From Thalia democratica (lineage: Eukaryota): a DNA stretch of 64,000 nt. Of this stretch, positions 26,737-40,379 are shown piece by piece. The stretch covers positions 37,882,001-37,946,000 of the forward strand of contig OZ241830.1 in the NCBI GenBank assembly GCA_965202585.1, in the 5' to 3' direction. The position numbers and the translations under genes are program-made. A model generated the notes under the pieces. That model searched no databases. It worked only from the letters and a program-made list of their open reading frames with translations, and was not told where the DNA came from. Position 1 is the stretch's first letter; each line of letters begins with the position of its first letter.

Positions 26737-29700
26737 ATGAAAGCGCTTTTTTTAACCATGCTGCTGCATTTCGGAGGGTTGGGTTCTTCCTCCATGTTCG
26801 AAGGGAGCAGGGAGGTGGTGAAGTTGCAAAACATGGCTTACTGCCCGACCAACAAGGTCAAGGAAAGCTTGGAGCTCAACGTACCGCCGAAAAAAACGTG
26901 CGACACTTTGTTGGCAGCCAACGAAGCTAAGACCTTCAAGGCTGACGTGAGTTTTGAATGTTTTGAAAATTTAGCAAAGTTGGTTTTAAACTAAAAATTT
27001 TTTGTAACCTTGGTTGTGTTTATTAGTTAATCACGTGTGCTAAAACTGACGCTGAGTGTGCTCTTACTAAGAGTTGTTTAAAACTGAGAAACGTAGTGTT
27101 TGTTGTATGAGGAGGGTTTATGTGATTTGTAAAATTTTTTTTTTAACAAATTACTATAGTTTCATAACTATTTTCGTATAAAAATGTAGTCGCTTAAGTA
27201 AATCTAGGTGGTTTAGTACACAAAAATAGTACTTGATTACTATCATAATTTGAAATACAAGTTTTAGGTAAATCTGTTTAGAAAAAAAAGTGCTAAATCT
27301 AGAATGCGTAATGACACTAATTTGTTTTTTTAAATCAAGTTTTTATTTTTGTAGTAGTATTTTGTAATTAAATATAAAGTTGGTAATTTATTTTTATTTT
27401 TGTATAATTAGCTCATGCATACGTTTAGTTTTTAGATCAAAAGTTTGAACTCTCAACAATTGTACTTGAGTAATAACCTAATTATAACTTAAGATTTTCG
27501 AGAGATTCAAAATTATCTCTATATATGAATTCTATGAAATTTAATAATTGTATTTACATAAGTTTTTGTATTTAAAAATAATAAATATTTGTTTCTGTTT
27601 ACTAAAACAATGGATTTAGTTTTTATGTAATCTCTAAATAGTTTGAAGTTTGATTTCAAATTTGTAGTCTTTTGAAATATTCTGAAACTATCAAAAAAAA
27701 GTCATTATAAACCATAGCCTATGTATGTTAAGTTATGATTTCTGTAAAGAAGTTATATCCAATAAAACAAAAATAATACTTTCTGAACAACTTTTAGTTT
27801 AAAAATACTACATAAATACTTTCTCTTTTACAATTAAAATTGAGTATTTCAGGTTTGGGATCTAAGTATCTGTTTTTAAAATACTGAAATTGTTCTTTTT
27901 ATAATAGCTTAAGTTTTTCTTTTAATAGAATAAAAAACTATAACTATTTTTTGTATTATAGCTAACTTAGAAATTTTTTTTAATGTTTATATAAAGTAAT
28001 TAACTACCATAATTTCCTTAGAAAATTTAAAAGTTTTTTTTATCAAGATTTATTCTGGGAACGGGACACTTTTGCACGGCGTCACTTTTGTACGAGTGGA
28101 CAATTTTGCACAGCAACTCTTTTGCACGAGCGTCACTTTAGCACGAGGGGACACTTTTGCACAGCGTCACTATTGCACGAGAGTAAAAAAAAATATATAA
28201 AACAAAATATAAAACGAATTTAATAAAAACAAACTGTTAAAAAAAAAGTTACTAATTGAGGGTAAGGGTTAGCGGTAACAGTGTTAGTAAGTATAAAAAA
28301 GAAATAAATTTAAAATAAACGAATAAAAAATAAAAATATAAACTAATAAAAAGAAAAAAAAAAGTTAAAAAAAGTTACCGACCAAAGGTAAGGGTTAGGG
28401 GTAACAGTGATAGAAAAAAAAACAGGAAAATAATATTAAGTCATAAAAATAAATTATAAAAATTAAAAAAGATATATGATAAAATTACCGATCGAGGGGT
28501 AAGGGTTAAGGGTAATAGTGATAACAATAATTAAAGTAAAATTTATTTTTCAACCTGTGCAAAAGTGTCCCCTCGTGCTAAAATGACGCTCTGTGCAATA
28601 GTGACGCCGTGCAAAAGTGTCCCCTAGTGCTAAAGTGACTCTCATGCAAAAGAGTCGCCATGCAATAGTGACACCCACCCTTTATTCTAAAGAGCTAAAG
28701 GCTGTAAGAAAGCTCACATTGTTTTGAAAATATAAACACTTTGAACAATTTATTTTTTAAATATCATCTTAAAAATTCCTACTTTAAACTATTTAAAGCA
28801 GTAAATAGCAACTGGTAGTTTGTTTAAAAACTGGTAGTTTGTTTGTTTTGTAATTGCGAATTAATCACTACATTACATACACCAACTTGAAGTTAAGCAT
28901 AATTATTTAAAGAAGTTATACACTTGCAACAAACTAACACATTACTCTTTAAAACTAAAAACTTGCTGAAGACATAAAAAGGACGTGCAAAAACACAGAA
29001 AAAATTTGCGCGCTTTTCAACGCTTGTCGTGCTTACAATCGTACGTACGTCTACAAAAAAAGACATACTGAACAAAAAACAGCTTAGCGTAATTTTATTG
29101 ATCTGTACAAAAAATGTTTTTCGACGTCATCTACCGTTTTTCCGCACAGCTGTTCGTGCCCAAGAGCGTCCACCAGACCTACGAGGTCTACTCGTGCAAG
29201 ATACCGTACTTCTACGAGTTCCAAACCTACTACTTGTGGTCCATGCAAAACAAGGACCCGGTCCACGACGCGGCGCTCAACGCCATCCTCCACGACCACT
29301 ACTTCAAGGTGCAGGGCAACGACGGGTACTTCCGGGAGCTGGCGAGGAACCTGACCGAGGACGCGAGAAACAAGGACCACAACAAGGAGTTGTTCGAGGA
29401 CGACCCGTACTTGTTGAGGTTCAAGAACAGGTGGCACGAGCTGGGAATGAGGAGGTTCGAGGACGTGTGCAGGCACTGGGTCGAGCACAAGGATGCGCCG
29501 GCTTTTGGCGGGAAAATGAAAGAAAGTTTGTTTTATGTTTTGTAGTTAGATCTTTAAAACAAACCGCCTGAAAGAAACGTACTAAACAATTTTTTTCAAA
29601 GCTTTCGCTGTTTAAGAAAAACTATCAATAAAAACTGCTTTTAACAAAAAATAAAACATGCACATGCAATGAAAGTTTTCATTTTGGCCCCTCCGTATTA

Positions 29701-29953
29701 ACTCACTGCAATTTAACGCGTTTCACGAGTTGATATTTACTTTGTCTTTCAACCACACGGCCGTTTGTTTCGATTCGCAACACTTTGCATTTTCAAAAGC
29801 GCTTGTTGATTCGCAGTAGGCCACAACCAGTGGAGCGTGACGCACAGTGCGGAGCGGGTGCATCACGAGGATTACGACTGCGACTACTTGGGTGTCAAAA
29901 AAATAAACTGCGTGCTGTGGCAGAGGTATTTTCAGCTATTCTCTCAAAATTAG
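26737..29953 (+). pseudogene. gB-like paralogue B: 3'-truncated copy of C (exons 26737-26946, 29150-29525, 29817-29953); could encode a secreted 240-aa fragment
   Basis: Exons 1-2 and the start of exon 3 are nearly identical to C. Homology stops at 29926 (..TGG CAG AGG), and the frame then reads YFQLFSQN to a TAG at 29951-29953. Exons 4-7 are absent downstream. Confidence 0.75.
28057..28680. mobile_element. Non-autonomous DNA transposon (Merlin-like) with 8-bp TSD, in intron 1 of B
   Basis: TSD TTTATTCT at 28049-28056 and 28681-28688; GG-starting imperfect TIRs; inverted subterminal arrays of about 18-nt cacttttgcac units; three internal gggtaagggttag blocks. The superfamily is inferred from TSD length and GG termini only. 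Confidence 0.7.
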
Positions 29954-30147
29954 AATTAACCGTTAGTCAAACTAAAAATTGATTAGTTTTTTATGTTGGA
30001 CTTAGCATAATTTGTTTAAATAGTTTTTTCTTTTATGATTAAAAACAATAAAAACGCATCATTAAAAGAATATTTCAGTTCTGGTTGAAACTTTGTGAAG
30101 TTATGATTTATTATAAGTTGCTAGTACAGTGTTTTAGGTTTAAAAAA

Positions 30148-30215
30148 GGCCGTAAGTGAGTCGAACCCAGGTCTTCAAATTAGAATGAACATGGTTCAAC
30201 CGCGATACTATTGTT
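30148..30215 (-). other. tRNA-like relic / SINE head
   Basis: Minus strand shows an A-box-like TAGTATCGCGGTT and B-box GGTTCGACTC; no convincing cloverleaf. A weaker second B-box (GGTTCAACTCC) lies at about 30910. Confidence 0.3.
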
Positions 30216-32952
30216 CCACATTTGGCATTCCATACTTTTAATAAATAAACTCAACTTATTTTTTTCTGTTCTAAACTTAAAGTTTTTAACTTTGATAAAA
30301 CTAACATACAACCTGACTAATATTTCAAATATATTAAAAGTGGTATTTTTTTTACCATAACGTTTGAAAAGTCTCTGTTAGTTTGAAGCTTAAAAATAAG
30401 ATAACTTAATTATAGCATAAACATATAATAACTGAAATTAAATTTTTTTAATAAAATTTTTTTTAAACATGTAAAAAAGCTTACTGCGAAACAAGACAAC
30501 ATACTGCTACCGAAAGAAATTTGTTTTTCTGCTTTCACCAAGGCATTTTTAAAGATTAAATTTATACAATGGATGTTTGTTTTCATTCTACCAAATTACT
30601 ACTTTATATTAAAACAATCAAGCAGTGAAACTATTAAATAAAAAAGGTTTGAAGCCAATGTTGTGTTAAAATGTGTTTAAGTAAAAACAATAAAAACTGT
30701 TTCAAAAATTAAAAAAACCTTGTAAACAGTTTAACAAAGCTTAGCCATACATAAACAGAAAGTTTAAACTAATATAATGTGAATTGTTGTTGATGCTTCT
30801 TGTATAATTAAAAAACTATAATCGCAATTTTCAGTTTATCATCGTTTTTATAACGCTTTATTATCAAATTTCATAGTAAAAAAATGAATAAAAATGTGCT
30901 CTTGTAGGGAGTTGAACCTGTACTAAAAGACTATGAAACACAGTCATATCAGATCATACAGATCTTTTTTTAGGGTTTAGTGGTTTTGTAAAAACCAAGA
31001 GTTTTTATTCTGTAAAATTTATAAACCAGCAAAAATTACCTTTAAACTTAAAAGTTTAATATATGTCTGAAAGTTATGTTTTTTTTATTTTAACAAAATT
31101 TAATAATGCTGTATGTCTATTTCTAAAAAAATATTTTGCTTATTCCTAGTAATCTTTTTTAAAGAGTTTTGTTTTTTATTTTTTCATAATCTAAAACAAC
31201 AAAAATTTATGAGAAATTGTAAAACTAAATTGTATAAAATAAAAACAAACTACGAATTTGTCTCTGTTTTAAACAAATATTAATCGACTTCTTAAAGAAA
31301 AAAAAAAAGATTATCTAAGTAATATTAATTACTTTCTAAATCTAGAATAACTCAATCTGTAATGAGTTATTTTATAATAAATTGACAACAAACTAAGTAA
31401 TTTATTGTCGACTAAAATGAATCTAAGATTTCAACTTGAATACTAAAATTTTACAATAATTTATGTTGGAAGTAAAATAACTTTAAAAAACAATAGTTCA
31501 TAAAAAAGTTAACAAAAGTTTAAAAAAATGCCGACATGAAAATAATTAACGTAGAATGATCTTAAAATATGCAAATATAAAAACTATTAAGTCATGTGGT
31601 TTAATATTTCAAAAAAAACGTCTAGTAAGTAGTTTTAAAATTATGTTAGAAAATTAAGAACTTTTAACTATAAAATAAATAACTCTCATGTAACTTTTCT
31701 TCAAGCTATTTGCTTAATACTGTGCCAATCGACAAATAGTTAAATAAAATAGAATCAACATCTTATTAAGAAAAGCCTATTAACAGAAAAAGTTTAATTT
31801 TATCTTTTGATGAATAATGCTCGACAAACAAAATTTGAGCTAACTAAAAATGAATTTTAACTATATACTAAACGACAATTTTTAACTATGGTTTGTACAT
31901 GAGATATTTTTCTATTTTCAATGAAATTAAACAATTTCTAAACTACTAAAAAAATGAATCAAATGCAAAGCTTGATTGGTAGTTTAAAAACTTTACTTAA
32001 CACAGCTTTCGGCAGTGTAAATACCAAAACTGCCAACAAGCAGTACTTTGAATTTTTTGTGAGAGACGTAAGTTTTTAACTGAAATAACAATTTTCTAGA
32101 TAATTTATTTCATTGTTATTTTATTCAGGCAATGTTTGTCTGGCTTGAAAGGCTTTGTTTTAGTTTTTAATGCTTTGCTAATTACTATTTAAATAAAACG
32201 TTGAGACCCTGACCGTAGTACTATTAAGTTTTGCAAAGTCACTTTTTGTAAACGACCATTTTTAAGTTCAATACAAATAACCATTTGTTTAGTTATGTCA
32301 GTCTTTTTGCCCTGATCACCACCAAATAAGATGATGTCAACTACAAACAAAGTATGTAAACATAGTAGTAATTAAAAGTCAAGGATAACATAATAAAATT
32401 TTCTATTTAAGTATTGATAATTACAATATTGCTAAAGTAAATGAGGATTTTTAAATTGAGTACTAGTTTTAAATTATATTTTCTACATTTTTCTTATTCA
32501 GAATTATCAGACAATATCTAAAATCTTATTTTAAGTTTTCTACAAACTATTTGTTGTGAATAACATTTTGTTTGTAAATGGATTGTAATATAAATTACAA
32601 TATGACCTCAATTATCATTTTCTAAATTTCTCAAAGATGTAGACCGAAAATTTCATAGATCAATATATTGTTTAATAATTTAAAAAAATCAAAGGTTTTA
32701 TTATTAAAGTTAAACCCATTAAATTAACAAAAAAGTTCTGACTACTACACTTTTGCTTATGCCAACCATAATACCAAATAATTATTTTTTCTACTTCTGT
32801 ACTAGAGACAAATAACAAAATCCACATTGAAATTGAAGTTTAATATTACAATCAGAAGTTAATATACTGTTATGATACTTAATTGAACTTGAAATTTAAA
32901 TTAGAACCTTATATAGGAACTGTTTTATTTCCTAACTTGTAATTACTTGTAG

Positions 32953-35900
32953 AAAACGACTTTCTTGATAAGGGAAAATAATGCAAGGACCTCACAACCC
33001 TAAGAATTCAAGATCCCTGGATACTCCCAAGTGATTGAGCCCAATCTATGGAAATCCACTTAGAAATGGTAGGTGTTGTTTTATTTATATTTTAGCTAGT
33101 ACTAATTTACTAACAATTTATCAGAAACTATAGTTGAAACAATAAAATACACATTACAAGTTTTTAATTCAAAAACTTTGTTTACTGTGCCTGAAAAGTA
33201 ATATCTAGTTTTTTTTTGCATGATTACTCATTAATTATTACAATTAAAATGAAATTAATTAAGATTAGCCTCTTCCTTAAAAACAAGGCCACACTGGTGG
33301 GTGTGGGGATTGTGTTTTAAAATTATTTAAAATTTATCTTATAAATTGTCAGCACTGGCAATTTACAATGACAATTTAATGCTATAACAATTATTAAAAA
33401 TATCTAGATTGATTATAATGAAACATTATTTGTTATTCTCAAATATACAGATGGGTCATTAAAGATGTTGATCTAATTTTAAATAGTTTCCTCATTCTTT
33501 ATAACCAATATAATGATGAGGTTTCTATGCAGTTAAGAACATAATTTTTTAAATAAAAAGTTATAGATTTCTTTAAGTTTATATGAAAGGACCAGATTTA
33601 AAAAGGCATAGAAACACTTTTTGATTAAAAGTCTATTTTCTCATAAACTCTTATACAATAATTCTCAATTTTTTTTTAAACAAGTCTACTTAAATTTAAA
33701 CAATCTTTTAAAATGTAATTTCAAAGTTTTGTGTTGATATAGTTTTTATAAGAAATTTTACATTAAATTGATTTCCAATTTGTCTTTTAGTCATACAAAC
33801 ATCATCATCTTTTACTTTGATTTGTCACTTTCTAATAGTACAAAGAAAACTTCTTTCAAATTTGAGGTGAAGGAGAAAATAGACTAATAGTAAAGTTTTT
33901 AAAAGTTCTTAACACTACCAGTAAAAAAAATTTCCTCCCCAATCTTAAAATATTTAAAATTTTTTAGAAAAATACATGTATCAAAAGTTAGTTTTAACTT
34001 TTTACTCTTGACAAGTTTCTTACGGTATAGAATTTTAACTTTTGTAAGCCTTTCATATGCTAATATTTTTTTTTTATTAAAAGTTTTTTACCACCTTCTA
34101 TGGCGTTGAGATTTATAAGGACTTTTAGTTAATTTTGAAAGTTCAAAAATTTATTTACAAGGTTTTTTTAGAGACACATGCTAAGTTTTTATGGCATTTA
34201 ACTAAAATGAGCTCAATAGGTTCCTTATGTGGTGCAAAGTAAAAAGACAAACACAAAATATCAATTAAAGTGTCAGCTTCTCTATATTTTAGAAGTCTTT
34301 TTTTTTTTTTCCCTACAAGTCCACTACTATCATTTTGTTTTTGTGATTATTGTTAGTGTATAAATATTATTTTTGTTACTTTGTGTCTGTAAAGTAATTT
34401 ATCAACAGTTATAGAACACATACACATAAATCTCTGCCTCAAAGGCAGATAAATATTAGAAGGTTTCAAAATTTTGAGAAAAATGACAATGTATTTACTT
34501 TTACATCAGGGAAACTTTATTTTCTGCAAGTATCTAAAAAAAAAAAAAAAAAATGGTAGAAAGAAATCAACTTATTTTATATTTGTTTTAAATTGAAAAA
34601 AATTAGTTGTTTTAAATAGTTAAGACTTATTTTTACTAAGAAATTAATATGTACGCAATTATTGTGGCTTAAAATAAAGTATTCTTTACATTAGAATATA
34701 AAAAGGGCTGTTAAATAACATAAAAGGAACTTCAAGCATTTTTTAAAATCTTAAATAATAAAATTTTGACTAGATATGAAAAATCTATCTTATAACTTTT
34801 TTGTGTTATTTTTATACAACACATTTATAGTAGCATTAAAGTAATTTTTTATAACTATTTATGCTATTTAATACAGTTTTTTGCATTAGAATACCTCTGT
34901 ACTATAAACAGACAAATAAAATTGCACACTCAAAAACTTCTTTAAATAACCTTTACCTGTATTTATGACTATTGAAATTTATTATTTTATTTATGCAAAA
35001 ATTTTTGTCATTAAGTTCCATACTATTTAAATTAATGATGCCATTTATTCCAGACTTGTCATATTGACCGGTCAGCATTTAAGTCATTTTGTTGGAAATT
35101 TCTGAAAAGACCAATCAAAAACAAAGTATACCTTGTAAACATAGAATTTATATTATTTATCTTATGTACAATTTTAAGATTTAATTTAAATAATTCAAAA
35201 AAGTCATATTACTGTTTTAGTGCAGTGATCTAAACAAGTACATAGTTTTAGTCAATATATGTATAAATTAATTGATTATTTATTGTTTTCTTATTATATT
35301 AGTTTTTTCATTTAATTTCCTATTCTTTTAATATAAAGCTGTAAAATATTAAAGGTTAGTACAGTTCTTAAATTATTTGTTATTTGTTTGAAAACTTATT
35401 TTGAAAAATTTATTTTAGACTATTTTTTGACATAAAGTCGTACAGTCACCTCTCGCGAATCTATGCACTCTCGTTTAGTTACGCATGTTATAATTCTCAA
35501 AAATACAAAAATATAGTTTAAAATTTAGGCAACAATAATTGAAAGAAACAATTTTTGAAACTAGTAAGTTAGTTGTTGGATAATTACAAGAGATATATTT
35601 TTTTATCAAACAATGTTTTTGCATCTTTAGTTTGTACCGTCCATAAGAACTAAACTCTATGGCCATGCAGTTTTGTTTTAGATGTCTTAGCCGCCATTTA
35701 TACTTTCAAATCAAAGTCCAATGTTCAATTCCTCGCATTATTTATGGCATAAAGTTTTATTTCAACTCGATAAATCTCTTAATTTTAGCAACTTTGTTCT
35801 TTGCCTTTAGAGTAAACTTTTCTTGCATGATATTAGAAAAAGATTTCACTTAAAGGTATAGAAAATTTAATTGTCTATTCAATAACTGATCAAATGCATT

Positions 35901-36660
35901 ATAAGAAAACAGCCAATACAGTAGGTATGTTTGCTACCTCTTGTTTAATTACGAACTTTTGATGATGACGCAATGTGAGTAGATACGCGAGAGATGACTG
36001 TACTTTGTTGTTTTATAAAGCTTACTATTTCGTGTAAAATTAGTTAAAAATAGTAATAGTTATTACCACCAAGTTTATTGATGACTTAATTTCAAATAAG
36101 AATAACCTTTTATACGTTTTTGATAAACTAAATGATATTACTTGTGCTTGATTATCTAAATCCCATTTTAACGAAAAAAGTTTTGTGTTTAAAGTTTCCA
36201 TCAATTTTTTAGAGTAAACTGTGATTAATTTTAAAAAGTAACTAGTTAATAAGTTAATGTATATAAAGATTAATTGAAATCTATTTGCAAATGTTGTAAG
36301 TAATAATAAGGAAAAATTTATATTTTGTCGAAAAAAGCATAATTTTATTTAAGTTTTTATAAATTTAATCTTATCATTTTGGTACACCATAATGTTTTAA
36401 TTTGAGTATTTAACAAATTACCTGTTGAAACATATACCAATCTTGTTTTCTTAAATACTCATAATAATCGTTCTAATTAAATAAATTAGTAAATTAATAA
36501 ATTAGTAATAAATTGGTTTTACAGGACTTTCATCACCACCGAAGAAGCTTGACAACTGTGTTCGCGTTCTACTGACCTCTAACGATTAGTAGAAAACTTC
36601 AGACAACTTGCAGAGACCGCTGCCCCGCATGCTGATAGAGTACGGGGAAGAACATATTAA
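32953..36660 (+). pseudogene. Decayed multi-exon gene of unknown product inside the 12 kb insert
   Basis: Phase-compatible AG..GT segments 32953-33068, 33269-33300, 33451-33520 and 35054-35125 read NDFLDKGK*CKDLTTLRIQDPWILPSD*AQSMEIHLEM / PLP*KQGHTGG / WVIKDVDLILNSFLILYNQYNDE / TCHIDRSAFKSFCWKFLKRPIKNK. A probable last exon lies at 36525-36660. The stops fit C>T changes. Confidence 0.4.
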
Positions 36661-39600
36661 GATAAATAAATAATTCAGTTTGAATAAAATTGCAGTTTTT
36701 ATGATGTTGTCATTTTTTTATTTAATGGTCTTAATTTACATTATTAATAAGATGTTTGGTTTTGTTCTCCAGTAAAAAAATTACAATAATGGTTTCAAAT
36801 GCATTAAAATTAATGGGAATTAGAACGCAATTAAGTTAAGTTATTCAAGATATTAGAACGTATGACCGATTTTTCTTAGAAGTTTGTTTCGATGATAATA
36901 AAATTAATATTATTAACTAAAGATAATTCAATTAAACTATAGAATTAAAGGAACTCTGTTTTACTATATAATTATCAAATCTTTGGTTAGAAGATTTCAT
37001 ACAAAAGTTACACTTTGATTAACTTACTTTTTCAAACGTTTCGCATCCATGTCAGACTTAATATTCATATTTAGTATTTCATGGGCAGCCATTGTTGGAA
37101 AGTTTCGAGCTTAACCAATTCGGGTCAACATTCTTCCACAGTAATATTAATGTTTTGCAATATAGCTTTAATGTCGTTTAACCGTATTTTATAATTTAAA
37201 TCGTTTGAACTATGCATTAAAAGTTATAGTAATGAATTACATAAACTATAAAATGTTTAAACCATATTTAGTTAACATATAAGCCATGTTGTTGGTAAAT
37301 TAATAGATACTTTGTAGTGAATTTTTTAATTGAAATTAAACTGGAAAAAGTGAAAAAAAAAACAACATTGCGTTCAGGCGCACATTGAACAAAGTACTAA
37401 AAAACTGCAGCTGGAAATATATTTATGAAATGTTTGAAGTCGAATAAATATATCTTGTAAATCAAGGTTTGTTGTATAGACTAACATTTTCTTTGGATGA
37501 TGTTTAAGTTGCAGCCTTATACCACTTCTGTTTAGATGACAAATATCTCGGCATTATTATTTTATAACGTGTCAGTGACACTTGTGCTGATTTGCTTTTA
37601 CATAATATTTTATAGGTCAGAAAGAAGCTTGAGCGTTTTTAAGTAAGTTATTCAAAACTGTATACATTTGAAATCAAGTACATTGAAAAAGTTAATTTAT
37701 TGACACTTTCGCAAGTTTAGTTTAAATCTATTGTTGTACTTCGGGAGCGATAAATATCTTAAATTTAATTAATATCAAATTTTTAAGAAACGCAAATGTG
37801 CTAAAAGATTGTACAGCAAATAACGCTTTTCGGGTTGCAAAAAAAAAAGAAGAAAACTCTAAAGTTTTTCTAAACATATATTTTATACAAACAGTTATGA
37901 CTATTTTATTTCCAAGAGTTACGTTCTTTGCAATGCTTTTAAAACAAAATTTACTTGCATTTACACGCAGTAAGAGATGGTGGCAGTAAAGTATGTATAT
38001 TCGGACTTGAAGCTAAAATGTGACTGTTCCGTCTGAAATTCTTAGATACTTGTTTGTTATTGTTCATTTGTTTTAAATTGTCTGATACCAATTGAAGCCT
38101 TAGTCTAGCTTGATGAAGTATTTATTAATTTTTCTCCACCTTCTATACTTTGTGTAAATATAACTCAATAGCAGTTATTAAGAAATGAGAAAATGGTTTT
38201 TTAGGTATGAAAAGATACTGTTTTTTATACCCACATAAATCTTCATCTACTTACCTGTAAGCAGCCTCTTTATTGCGATTTTACTCTTATTGTTATTTTA
38301 TCTATTACATTTTAAACAATTAGTTACGTCTCAAATCTAGACTACACTTAAAATTTAAAACAAAGTATGTGCATTTAGACATTTATAATGTACATGTCTT
38401 ATAATGATAACAAAACGAAACTATTGATGAAACAAAATAAATAGCGTTCGAAATAAGTTAATCTAATTCAACGATTTCTTAAACAACCAATGTTCATTTA
38501 AGTAGAAGATGTTATTACTATCATTTTAATAATAGTAAAACTAAGTAATGTATACTTATAATTAACTAAAAAGTTTATCATATTTTAACTAACTATAAAA
38601 GTATATTATACCACAAGATATTAGCTGATGTCAAAAATTATTTTGAGTTTTATGTTAGCACAGTTTTACATTAGCAAGTTTAGCAGTTGCAGTATAAGTT
38701 TTTTCTTTAATTTAAAACACAAAACCATGTTAAATTCTTGGTGACTACTAATGCATTTAGGATTTAGTTCATATTGCTTTCAAAAAGGTTTTGTGATGAA
38801 AGTTTATTTTAGTGCTTCAAATTTTATGTTAAGAATTAAAAACATCTAACTCACTACTAAACTTGTAATTACATAAAATGAGAAAAAATTATATATATAT
38901 GAAGTTCTTAATTCCTATTAATCTCTTAGTATAACTTCTTTAACGATAAGTTATGCTTCTTAAAACTAATTGATAATGTTTAAAAGGTTATTGTTTATCC
39001 AATTACTAACAATTAACTTGATTTTTTAGACATATAGATTTACCATAACTTAGTTTTAAAAGGTAAGCAGTACTAATTTTCTAAGGAACGAAATACTTTT
39101 GTTAAACGCTTTTTTAAAAGCAAATAATCATATAAGTTATACCATATGCATTTACAACATAATTAAACTGCGTAAAACGATGGGTTACAATTCTTAGCAT
39201 TCTTTAAACTGTTTAGCAAATAAATCACCTTACTAAAACACAAGACAAATTGTATACGTTTTTTTTTATAAGTTACATTGTATTTTGTTAAACATTAAAC
39301 TTGAATACTTGGTTTTTAGATTCTTTCACTTTCTTTTATGCCTTCAAATAAGATAATCTATTACAATAAAACTTAACATAATGTTGTAGAAACTGTGCAA
39401 AAATTTATAAAACCGTAAAACATAAATAAGCTATTGAATTTTTTTAGAAACATTTAAACCAGTTTAGCTTTATAAAACATTATACAGGAAGAATATAAAT
39501 TAAAACATTTACTGTTTAAAATAATTTAAGTATAGTCAATAAAGAACAAATTAACACAAACATTTTTTAAATAATAACAGTATGATAAAATCAAGGGTTC

Positions 39601-39900
39601 GAGTTTGTAAAATGATTGTTATACATCTTCTATAATATTGCCCTTGTTACTATTTTTTATTATTTATTGTGTTCTTATACTGTTAAAATATCATTTTGTT
39701 TAACATATATTATTAAGTATAAAGAGTGAAAATACTACTTTTATGGAGCTATTGACAGTTTTTATTAGAATATTTAACATTCGAAATCCGGTTTAACCTA
39801 TCAAAATTCTGTTAGAGGGAACAAAAAAAATGCTCATTGCTTAAAACTTAAAATACGTATTTTTTGATAGGGAATAAAAATATAAAATACTTCAAAAATG

Positions 39901-40165
39901 CAATTCTATCAATCGTAAAAAAAATTGGGTAAAAAAAAAACTTTCGTCCATCGACGAAAGCCTTTAAAAAAATATGTGATTGTATCAACCGTAAAAAAAA
40001 TTCGATTAAAAAAAGACTTTCGTCCATCGCCGAAAGCCTTTAAAAAAAATTATGTGATTGTATCAACCGTAAAAAAAATTCGATTAAAAAAAGACTTTCG
40101 TCCATCGCCGAAAGCCTTTAAAAAAAATTATGTGATTGTATCGACCGTAAAAAAAATTTGGTAAA
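39901..40165. repeat. 78-bp tandem repeat, about 3.3 copies, each with a small CTTTCG..CGAAAG hairpin
   Basis: gattgtatc recurs at 39978, 40056 and 40134 (period 78). Confidence 0.9.
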
Positions 40166-40278
40166 AAAAAGGGTTGAAAGGAGAAAAAAATTAACGAAAA
40201 AAAGGCCCCGAAAAGCTGCCGCGGCAGCTTTTCGGGGCCTTTTTTTTGTTAATTTTTTTCTCCTTTCAACCCTTTTTT
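40163..40278. repeat. Near-perfect palindrome of about 115 bp centred on CCGCGG (40221/40222)
   Basis: aaaaaaagggttgaaaggagaaaaaaattaac..ggccccgaaaagctgccg|cggcagcttttcggggcc..gttaattttttctcctttcaaccctttttt. Confidence 0.9.
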
Positions 40279-40379
40279 CTATCAGTCATTCTTTCAACTT
40301 ATAAAAATTTTAAAATCCACAAAATTTCGAAAAAACAGACCTCCCGCTGTTTTACAAATATTTTTTCAAACTTTCTGCT

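Larger units (their letters stand above)
21084..29926 (+). repeat. Segmental duplication, copy 1 (pairs with 41985-50257)
   Basis: Near-identical, collinear sequence from inside exon 7 of A to inside exon 3 of B, including intergenic DNA and TE insertions. It differs by scattered SNPs and indels, including about 0.5 kb extra at about 27490-28030. Confidence 0.9.

Noticed and set aside
28255-28520. Telomeric TTAGG(G)-like repeats
   Set aside because: Only three isolated GGGTAAGGGTTAG blocks, internal to a TSD-flanked transposon.
29029-29571. Overlapping ORFs 29029..29571 (+), 29084..29488 (-) and equivalents at 49415-49902, 51908-52626, 17301-17654, 18254-18619
   Set aside because: Alternative-frame or antisense shadows of the gB-like exons.
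39901-40165. CRISPR-like array
   Set aside because: Units are contiguous near-identical 78-mers with no unique spacers, no cas genes, and a eukaryotic context.
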